DNA of 63,560 bases, filler included, from Collodictyon triciliatum (lineage: Eukaryota), in NCBI GenBank assembly GCA_043381765.1. It is 19 parts of 19 records of this genome, joined end to end, with 100 filler letters (N's around TTAATTAATTAA, not from the genome) between each part and the next. Parts side by side here need not be neighbours in the genome. Positions count along the whole stretch, not along the records: positions 23,990 to 27,306 come from JBHJMP010007484.1; positions 27,407 to 30,722 come from JBHJMP010007485.1; positions 30,823 to 34,138 come from JBHJMP010007486.1; positions 34,239 to 36,636 come from JBHJMP010007487.1; positions 36,737 to 40,050 come from JBHJMP010007489.1; 14 more parts are not named here. One strand, given 5' to 3'. Under the pieces are notes generated by a model. The model was not told the origin of the DNA. It saw only the letters and a program-made list of their open reading frames with translations, and ran no database searches. Shown one piece after another: positions 24,149-36,868 of this stretch; positions within the stretch are counted from its first letter, which is position 1; each line of letters begins with the position of its first letter. Made by a program: the position numbers and the translations under genes.

Positions 24149-26130
24149 TTAAGAGGGAGGTGTATGCATTTTTTGAAGGATTAAAAGAACTTTCTTGAGT
24201 ATATTTTTAGCGCTGTTAAAGTCCCTTGTCAAGAATACACTTTGTTTGCTTTTTGAGCAATTGGATTATTAACATATGATACATCTATACACACTTTTTT
24301 GAATTTCCTTTCAGTTTCATATATTCCAGTTCTTTTTCGCAGTTACAACACATCTCGAGGTTCTAAAATTTATCTACACTAAGTGTTTCAAAACGTTTAG
24401 ATAGTATTTTTCGTAATCCCCTTCCGATTGTTGGCATAGAATGCTTCATCGGAGATTTTCTGCTTTAGTTTCCATACGCAAGTACAGCATCCTCGCCAAA
24501 TGTCTTTTCGATTCGGTCCATAAACAACTGTTCACTTCTTTTTGTATTAACATACTGTATCCATCTCATCTTTCGAAAAGTCACTTGTTCATAAAATCTG
24601 GAAAATATTATGTGGTATCTTGATTTCATAGATACATATTCCCGAAATTTTTTTTTTCATAATCGACTGTGCATGAATTATGTTTTCTCAGTTCTGTCTC
24701 TAATCGATTAAAGATACTCTTGATGTCTCAAACTTTTGTTCTCTTCAAAAGTCATGGCACCAGAAGAAACAGCACTTTGTAAATCTGTTGCCATGTATAT
24801 CCCTAAAGCATTGTACTTTACTTTCTTCTCGCGCAAGAGAATTTTGTGATTTTTAAGAGATTTGCTATCATGTCTTGTTTGGTGTGTCGTGTAGCGTAAT
24901 TACTTACCTGTCTCGCCACCATGTAAACCATATTAAACTCGCCTGCGTCTACTCCAACTATTTTTTTTTTTGTCGCTAATAAAGATAACTGCTCTTCGGA
25001 AAGTTCATCTATATAAACATATTCTTGGTTTTTTATTTTTGATTATATTTGAATTTTGAATTTGAAAAACCTTCTTTTTCAAACAATGATGACACCGCCA
25101 ACCCGTCTGTTTGTATCGTGTATTTAAAATTGTAGTCTATTTGATGAAAGACCCTCTTCTTCATTTCAAAGAAATTATCCCCTGGGGTCTCTTACCATCC
25201 TGATCTATACCTCATTAATAATGATTTTCCAGATGATACTAATACCTATCAAACATGCAGTATCTAGAGTAATATGACATGGTATATTGTTAGTTCTTAT
25301 AGAGATTGGTTGAAACAGTTTGGTTCCAATGTCCTCAAAAAATGTGATTCATGTAAATCAGACGTGGAATGTACTTATTTGAATTGACTTTGACGCCATA
25401 TTCGATACCTTTTTCAATACCGCTGGGAATGATACGATGCAAATGCGTTGCAGCCCATCTTTTATATTGTTCCAGTATTTCGAGCTTCTTGTAGATGGCT
25501 TTTTTTTTTCAACTTTCGAAGCTCTGCCTTTTTAATAGCATCCGTAATATTCTCATCTTTAGGAACTGTTTGATTTATAAAGCGCAGTAACCTCTTTACA
25601 GAATGTTCCTTATGTTATTATGATAAGTTTTTTTTTTCCTTTATTCGTGTTATTATGATAAGTTAACATTTGCTTCGCCAAGTACGGCAATACATGAGAC
25701 AGTCCAACCAACGGAAAGCGTTATTCTCTGGACAAAAGGAATCGAAAATCATTGAGATAAAAAGCCATCATGTCATTTCTCATTTCTGGTATCATTTTTT
25801 TTTAAAACTTGCGGGTCTATCTTGTGAAGCTACTCCGACTGCCTTTAAAGCATACAAAAAACATTTCATCGATTGTTGAGAGCTATTGTGATTTCAATAT
25901 GTAACATCTTGCAAACAGATAAGTGTCGGTAACCAAATTATGACACAATAAAGCCGTATCGTTGATTTTATCATAGTCATCCGGATTCTCTACAATCGAC
26001 TTTAGAGATGTTTTCACATTTCGATAGTCTGGCTTTACAGACTTTAGATTCTCAGATTCAAGACGTTTTCTTTTCTTCGTCTGAAAGTCTTTGTTTTACT
26101 TTTTTTTTTCCAGAAAACTACCGAGTTTTC
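24149..26130 (-). pseudogene. Degenerate Fanzor1-type (TnpB-derived RuvC) nuclease gene, about 650 codons, intronless
   Basis: Colinear motifs across frameshifts and stops: VKTSLKSIV..KINDTALLCHNLVTDTYLFARCYIL; LPYLAKQMLTYHNN; LFQPISIRTNNIPCHITLDTACLI; YTIQTDGLAVSSLF; RuvC-I IVGVDAGEFNMVY (about 24923-24962); FRKMRWIQYVNTKRSEQLFMDRIEKTFGEDAVLAYGN; PTIGRGLRKILSKRF; RuvC-II VDKF/RTS; CCNC..CIIC zinc finger; RuvC-III TRDFNSAKNI (about 24200-24230). Confidence 0.9.
25630..25647 (-). mobile_element. 18-nt LINE subfamily B stub with perfect 17-bp TSD inside the Fanzor gene
   Basis: Insert cgaataaaggaaaaaaaa matches the LINE end at 43500-43519. It is flanked by tgttattatgataagtt at 25613-25629 and 25648-25664. 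Confidence 0.82.
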
Positions 26131-26966
26131 AATTTTAATAAAACTTTAGTCAATTAGTCAATTTAATATAAAAACAACTGCACAAAATCAATTTATGTAA
26201 AATTAAGCATCTACCGAGACTCTCAAAATGTGCACATTGTGGCAAACAGACACAAAAAATTTTTTTACAAGTGATTTGAGATAAAACGCAGATAGCCGAT
26301 TCGGAGAGTTCGAAAGGACAGCCGTGTAGTCATTGCGACTGAAATTCAAGATATTGACCCCAAACGACATGATTACTGCCGCAAGTGTGGATAGTATGCT
26401 TTTTTGAAATGCATGTTTGGTGGCAGGTTTATAAGGTGGGTTCTGTCTGGGCTAGGCAAGAGCTTATTTGTATTTTTGAATTTTAATGTATAGTGATATT
26501 ATATAAATGAGAAATAAAGTATAAATTGATTATAGGAATAGAATGAGATTATGATGTATTTTTAACCTTATTATACATATTAAATATACTATTATATTAT
26601 TCAATTTGCTTCTTGGATTCATCAAAGTTCCTGCTTTTGTCAATTCAGATTTAATTCGATGGTTGTCTGCAATAAACTGCTATATATGTGGGTACACTTT
26701 CGTTGTATAAAAAGTGTTTTGCTTTGAAAGGGTAAACCACGTTCGTCACAACCTTTGTAATGAAGTTTATACATTTACAGGCTGGATGAGACTGAAGAAA
26801 AAAGAAAGGACAGAGAAAAGAAAAAAGGAAAAGAGAAAAAGAGAAACAGATGAATCAAAGCAACTAATGCTGAACACTATATTCATAATTATCTTGCTGT
26901 CCGTGGGTCGGTGGCTAGAGCTCGATAAGTTTTTTATTACCCATTATTATTATTATTGTTATTATT

Positions 26967-27039
26967 GCAAACGATGGCTAGCGAACCAAAGCCAACATCC
27001 CCACTATCCTGCACAAAATTGAAAGGAAGAATAAAAAAA
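26967..27039 (+). mobile_element. 5'-truncated LINE subfamily A stub inside a (TTA)n tract
   Basis: gcaaacgatggctagcgaaccaaagcc...tgaaaggaagaataaaaaaa matches about 21118-21185, with (TTA)n on both sides. Confidence 0.9.
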
Positions 27040-27306
27040 TTATTATTATTATTATTATTATTACTATTACTATTTCAAAGAGCTCGCTCTGTCTTATCAG
27101 TAGTTTGTTGTACTCACGGGTCGGTGGCAGCTGGTGTCTTGGTCATCGGCGTGTCTCTGTGCATAACCTGTGTTGTAAAGGGATGTGGTAAAGTGACTTT
27201 TTCGCTATCTGCGTTGGCTGCGTCGGCCTTCTCAGTTTGCGTACGATCAGTAAGCATTCATTGGGACAGGGCTGTGGCGCCGGTCTCTTCCTTCTCAGGA
27301 TCGCTC
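27040..27306 (-). repeat. Unclassified interspersed repeat 'C' ending in a (TAA)n tail
   Basis: Shares tttcaaagagcYcgctc..tcttat..ttgttgtactcacggg and cagggctgYggcgccggtctc..cttctcRggatc with 43520-43640. Confidence 0.75.
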
Positions 27307-28304
27307 NNNNNNNNNNNNNNNNNNNNNNNNNNNNNNNNNNNNNNNNNNNNTTAATTAATTAANNNNNNNNNNNNNNNNNNNNNNNNNNNNNNNNNNNNNN
27401 NNNNNNTCTTGCAAATGCTGTCAAAACCGCTGTCCTTCTCCGTGAAACGAAAGACTTTGCGGCGATTAACGAAATCCACGTTCCATATATAATCATTCAC
27501 TGGATAGATTATTGACACATGCCATCACCAGAAAAGCTTGAATCCAAATCTCATCCTTTGCAGTCTTTACATGTATATCATTTATCTCGTATAGCGTATC
27601 TGATACCTTATTATTTTTCTACCGATGTATCTTGTGTTCTTGGGAATCAGGAGATGGCAAAAACTTTACACAGCATATAACTGCCATTCACTAATCTTCA
27701 CCAAGAAACCTCCCGCCCGCGCCTGTTACGCAGCCATCAGTCTTCTTCGTGATGCCCATGTTGATATGGAATGCATCGCCGTCCTCAATCTCAAGGAAAC
27801 ACGATCGCATCGACCAATGGAGAGCTAGCAAAAACTCATACAAAAACCAGAATTATAAAAAAAGAAATGTAAAAATGAAGATTTAGTGGCGTTGCAGATG
27901 CACTTCCTCCCTTAGCTAACGAATCTCAGTCTACCAAATAAGGTGTATTTCCACGAATCTTCAGTCTTTCCAGATCAAACGGATTTCTTCGATCAAGCAG
28001 AATCACAAACAAACAATCAAACAGGAAATCGCAGCAACTCACAAAGCAGGAAAGGCCTGAGATGAAGCAGACAGAATCTCTGCGTATATGTTTTCAAAGC
28101 AAGCGTGTTGTGAAGAGTCCCAAATAACAGCAGCATAAATACTCTCTTTGCTGCGCAGTGAAATACGCTGGAGAAGAAACTGATGTGGACTGCGTGGCCA
28201 ACCTCGGGCTTTCTCAGCAACTGTTCGAGCCGATCACCGGCAGCACACCGTGTCCTTTGAGGGATCTCGTCGAAATCATGGAAAAGAGTAAGAATTGAAT
28301 ATTT

Positions 28305-28520
28305 CCTTTTCCTTCTCCTTTTCTTTATTTGTTTCCTTTCTTTGTTTTCGTTTTCGTTTTCGTTTTCTTTTTCTTTTTCTTTTTCCTTTTTTTCCATTTC
28401 CTTTTCCTTTTCCTTTTCCTATTGCTCTTTTTACTTTTCGTTTTTGATTTCCTTTTCCTTTCCCTATTTCTCTTTTCCTTTTCCTTTTCCTTTTCCTTTT
28501 CGTTTTCGTTTTCCTTTTCC

Positions 28521-28561
<41 letters not shown>

Positions 28562-28856
28562 CTTTTCGTTTCCTTTTCGTTTCCTTTTCGTTTTCCTTTT
28601 CGTTTTCGTCTTCGTTTTCGTTTTCCTTTTTCCTTTTCGTTTTCCTTTTTCCTTTTCGTTTTCCTTTTTTTTCCTTTTCCTTTTCCATTTCCTTTTCCTT
28701 TTCCTTTTCCTTTTCCTTTTCCTTTTCCTTTTCCTTTTCGTTTTTCCTTTTCCTTTTTCCTTTTCGTTTTCCTTTTTTGTTTTCGTTTTCCTTTTTCGTT
28801 TTCGTTTTCGTTTTCCTTTTTCGTTTTCCTTTTTCGTTTTCGTTTTTTCCTTTCCC

Positions 28857-28891
<35 letters not shown>

Positions 28892-29000
28892 CTTTTCCTT
28901 TTCCTTTTCCTTTTCCTTTTCCTTTTCTTCTTTTTCGTTTATCGTTTTCCTTTTCGTTTTCCTTTTCGTTATCGTTATCGTTTTCCTTTTTCTTCATTTT
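28305..29000. repeat. (TTTTCC/TTTTCG)n hexamer microsatellite
   Basis: Direct inspection; about 700 bp of low-complexity sequence. Confidence 0.95.
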
Positions 29001-29257
29001 TTATTTGAACTCAAATTCCAGTTTGCTTAACTGCACAATTTTCTTTTTAAAGATTGAAAAACTGCAGTGGATAAAAAGAAAACAAAAAAACATCTCAGAA
29101 TGCACCAGGGGAGGAAAAACATGAGAAATACCTCACATCACTGCCTCCCGTATCACAGCGCGTCCATGATGACGAGCCAGACACATAGCTCATAACCTTT
29201 GTTGGTTTCATCTACAATCTAAAAAGGTTACAAACACTTTCAAATCCTATTTGCTCA

Positions 29258-29345
<88 letters not shown>

Positions 29346-30604
29346 TAAAATGGAGAACGATCCTTTTCTCATATTCGTGCTTGGACTGCACATCGCAGGC
29401 AGCTTTGTGAGAGCATCGAGGCCAATCAAAAAACACATATGACATCGTCTCGCAAGGTAAAAGACCGTTGATGGGGACGTAGCGAGTTTCTGGTATTCAT
29501 TACTTACAAATGTGTTTGATATCAGGCATGCGCCCACCACCTCCTCCATCTTGTGCCAGACCTGCTGATTTTCCTGTATAAGGCTGCGGGTGCGCCCACA
29601 CTTCCGCTAAGCGTGCCGGCCGAGCAGCGAGACTGGGATTCCACATAAATGCACTTGCCGATACAAATCTTGAGTTCACTCATTGTCCACGGTCGCTTCC
29701 TTTATGAAATTATGTTGATATTTGATAACTTAATTAGACGTCGCGGCTTTGGCTGAAGCTAACACATCCCGTAAGGGTCTCAGTATTTCTGCGTCCACTG
29801 TTGCACCGCTACCCAATTGTTAAGGATGGCAGGTAATCTTTGGGATACCACCTTGCGAGGGTTGAATAATAATGATGAAGCCGCGTTGGCTGTATTTATT
29901 GAAGCTTTCGTTTGTGGCGCCTCATAATGGAATAGGGTTCTTTTTCCTATTTTTGGAATATATTATATTTATTATACAGTTCAGAAATCAATGCATCTTA
30001 ACTTTGTTTTAAGTGATTTACTAACGATTAAATCAATTATCTACCATATTAATCAGTTATCGGTGTCTATAATTGTTCTCTGATTGCCTTTGTGGATGGA
30101 AAACGACAACGCCCACAACCCGGCAAGGTGAACCAGACGCGGATTGCAATAGACTTCCATGGCACAGACAAAGCGAATGACCGCCGCAGCAGCAACCACA
30201 ATGCAAACCAACACAGAGCGCGAATTCTGCCGACCGCCGACTGCAGACACCAACCCTCGCCCCGAGATGGAGTCCGTTAGCGCCATCGCAACGGCACCAC
30301 ACACCAACTAGCTCCCCCGCCTCCAAAGTCCCGAGGATAGCGCGGAGTCCGAGTCCCCGCTTGAGTTCGTTTTCGAGCATTAGCGACAAGCCTGGTTCTT
30401 CTGCGGGTTCGGTAGCTTCTAGAAGGTCCCCATATGTTTTCCACTCACCCATTGTGGATATCTCGCCCTTATACCTCTGCCTCACCCTCACTCGCCCATT
30501 CTCTCCTCTTCTTTATTTTCTCCTCTCTCTGTAGATGTTTATACACTTCACTACCTCATTGTTTATCAATTTTTCGGTTAATCTATCTTCAATTCATAGA
30601 TATT

Positions 30605-30662
30605 ATTTTTTTATATGAATTTATTCTTCCTTTCAATTTTGTGCAAGACGGTGGGAACGTTG
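30605..30662 (-). mobile_element. LINE subfamily A 3' stub (diverged, no clear TSD)
   Basis: Reverse complement ccaccgtcttgcacaaaattgaaaggaagaataaa matches 21151-21184. Confidence 0.75.
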
Positions 30663-30975
30663 TTGAGATATCTATAAATTTATTGAAGGAATTTTCGTAT
30701 AATAACGCAGAAGCATCAAACGNNNNNNNNNNNNNNNNNNNNNNNNNNNNNNNNNNNNNNNNNNNNTTAATTAATTAANNNNNNNNNNNNNNNNNNNNNN
30801 NNNNNNNNNNNNNNNNNNNNNNAGAAAGACAAAGAAAGAAAGACAAAGAAAGAAAGACAAAGAAAGAAAGACAAAGAAAGAAAGACAAAGAAAGAAAGAC
30901 AAAGAAAGAAAGACAAAGAAAGAAAGACAGAGAAAGAAAGACAGAGAAAGACGAATGCGTCAGTCAAAGTATACC

Positions 30976-33995
<3,020 letters not shown>

Positions 33996-35274
33996 AATAA
34001 GTTCCTGAGCAAGTTAAAGCTTCAATAAGAGTGTTGAGCAAGATAAAGATAAAGATAAAGATAAAGATAAAGATAAAGATAAAGATAAAGATAAAGATAA
34101 AGATAAAGATAAAGATAAAGATAAAGATAAAGATAAAGNNNNNNNNNNNNNNNNNNNNNNNNNNNNNNNNNNNNNNNNNNNNTTAATTAATTAANNNNNN
34201 NNNNNNNNNNNNNNNNNNNNNNNNNNNNNNNNNNNNNNTGTTGTATATCAAGACTTTTGGGCTGCAAACAATTAAAATATATTGCTCGCTTTAAGTCCAT
34301 AGAATGTCCCTTTCCCTCGTTTCGCTTCTTGTCTTTTGTATTCTTCGCATTTACTGAAACGGAAACATAATAAATAAAAATGGTATAAATGGTATAAGAA
34401 TAAAAAACAAAAAGATATATGTGATAAGTTAGTCCCTTTTGCTGCTTCTCAAGCTGGGCAGCTTACAGAAACCGGGCGAGCGTGATGATCAAATCTGAGG
34501 GGGCTGATTCAGAATCGTAGCAAATTTTTGAACCTGGATATTTCATTGAATTAAATCATATCTGGAATTATAACGGTGACCTAAAAATGGTCTTCCGTTG
34601 TGTAGTGCACGGCCCAGTTACAAAGTCCCGAAGAAAATGATGTCCTTTTCTTACTAAATGACTTAACACAATTATTCAAAGGGGGGTTTGAATATGTAGG
34701 CAGATGCAATAGACCAAAAATGGCCGAATCAAGAGAGTATTTCTGGTTTAATCATTCGATATAAAGGTCTCGGTGTGATAAATTATATTTTCCGGATTTA
34801 ACACATAAATGCCCTTTTGCTGCACGCCTCTTACACCGCCCTTCCCGATATTAATACCTAAAGCTAGTCTGTTTGGAGATACAGGAGATTAAAGAGAGAT
34901 AAGAATCATAGATCCATTCAGCAACCATCCTGATGGGATCCTAAACTTGCTCAAACGCGTTTGAATTATACCTAGGAATATCATATTTTCTTTTCAGAAG
35001 TCAAGCAAGTCTAGAGTATTCAATATATATTTTTAAACACCCAGAAACAAATGACATGATATTACATAAAATAGCCCATCAGTTCCCGAGTGGCTCATTT
35101 CCTTCATTCATACAATTCATGTGCTGAAATCGGTAGTTATGCATTCATTCATTTATTTATTTTTAAAAAAGAATTTTCCATTCAGGTACAATTCGTAGAT
35201 TTCCCTTGCTTTGTGTTATCTTCATTTATACAGTTTATATAACAACGCAACACGATTTCTTTTTTTAAAAAATT

Positions 35275-36267
35275 TTATTCAAGAAAAGAAGGCTTTGTCC
35301 AAGGAAACATAGATATCATAAAAGCGTCGATAGTAGCGACTTGTCTTTTCATCTGCTCCATGATAGCTTTCACTTGCTCATTATCCTTGTGTTGTTTCAG
35401 TTGAGCGTAAAGTTTTCTAATCTTCTTTCTACTGTACCCGTATTGAAAGATAACATAAGGAAGACCAAATATGACAATATAGCATATGGCTGTATCATAC
35501 TTTGGTAGGTGACCATCGACAAGTTCGATAATACCGATGATGAGGAAAGCAATGTCGATGACCAGTAAATTATATCCAATAAGAGCGACTTTTGCTTTAA
35601 TTATCTTCCTCATGAGGGGTGATAGGCCATCCAAGTACTCCAAAACATTCCCTTCGTTCATGAAGTGACTCTGCCAATCCTGCAACCAAGATATGTAATT
35701 CAGGTTGAAGGTAATCAGGACTTGCAGCCAAAACGCATTGAACCCAGACGACTGACTCATAAAGACAACCAAGATTGTGAATAGATTGATATTGCAATAG
35801 TTCATCACCGCGTATAGAATGCTGCGAATGAGCTCCCAAGTAGTTTTGGGTTTCTCTTCCTCTTCTTGTTGTTGAGCGGGGCCACTCCCAACAGAGGCAA
35901 CCGCGGCTTTATTGCGGTCCTTCAACAGTTGCAACGCAATGACAACAATCTCGATCAATATCTGAACCACAGCAAAAGCCACAGCCACTTTCGTCACACC
36001 CTCGTCCTTGTACGCCATGTAGAGGCCCAGCTGGAGACCTTCCAGGCCTATCAGCAAGACATACTGCAGCACAAGGCCGTCAAGCTGGCTGCGTATCACA
36101 TCACCCACCCCAAGACCAAAGAATATCCAGAAGAGGCCCAAGTAGCCCAATGAAGTGTCGAGATCCCCAACAACGACCATGATACTGAGCTGCTCCGCAA
36201 GGTTGATCAGACTCAGGATTTCCTCCCACGCCCAAAGCGGGATTCCGGTTAGTGCCTCCAAAGGCAT
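35275..36267 (-). CDS. Intronless multi-pass membrane protein of unknown function (about 330 aa)
   Basis: Open frame with about 7-8 hydrophobic segments. First ATG is at 36267 (MPLEALTGIPLW). No family recognised. Confidence 0.72.
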   Translation of the reverse strand: MPLEALTGIPLWAWEEILSLINLAEQLSIMVVVGDLDTSLGYLGLFWIFFGLGVGDVIRSQLDGLVLQYVLLIGLEGLQLGLYMAYKDEGVTKVAVAFAVVQILIEIVVIALQLLKDRNKAAVASVGSGPAQQQEEEEKPKTTWELIRSILYAVMNYCNINLFTILVVFMSQSSGFNAFWLQVLITFNLNYISWLQDWQSHFMNEGNVLEYLDGLSPLMRKIIKAKVALIGYNLLVIDIAFLIIGIIELVDGHLPKYDTAICYIVIFGLPYVIFQYGYSRKKIRKLYAQLKQHKDNEQVKAIMEQMKRQVATIDAFMISMFPWTKPSFLE

Positions 36268-36868
36268 GCGTAGGCAATCTGGTAGTAGTTTTTGCGTGTT
36301 TGGGGAGGGGTCTTTGCTTTTTCTTTTTCTGCTTGTGGACCTGGATGAAGGGAAAGTATACTTCAGTGGTTTTTTCTTGGCATGTATGCGTGTGTGTTTG
36401 TTTTCCACAAGCTCTACTTTAAGTATGGTCCGATACTCGTTTGCTGCTTATTTCAAAATCCAAAGGCAGGCACCAAACGATGGGCGAGGAATTTGATGGT
36501 GATACAGTTCATAAATCAAAGGTCATCGCAATTGACTCAAAGCAAATAATAAAAGCGAATGAAAAAGATGAAGAATAAAAAAAAAAAAAAAAAAAAAAAA
36601 AGTATAGGACATATTGTTTCCTACACAAAAAAAACANNNNNNNNNNNNNNNNNNNNNNNNNNNNNNNNNNNNNNNNNNNNTTAATTAATTAANNNNNNNN
36701 NNNNNNNNNNNNNNNNNNNNNNNNNNNNNNNNNNNNTTTTGTTTCTTTTTTGTTTCTTTTTTTCTTTCTTTTTCACTTCTCACTCACTCACTCACTCACT
36801 CACTCACTCACTCACTCACTCACCCACTCACCCACTCACTCACCCACTCACCCGACACCGCAGCAGAC

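Noticed and set aside
28329-29124. Phe/Ser- or Lys/Arg-rich ORFs here and similar ones at 20158, 23617, 31814, 43926, 56526 and 56848
   Set aside because: These are translations of microsatellites.
34470-34860. Possible C/D snoRNA (GTGATGA..CTGA) or kinase-like remnant (NIGKGG..SHRDL, minus strand)
   Set aside because: The box spacing is too short with no terminal stem, and the kinase motifs are wrongly spaced and followed by a stop.
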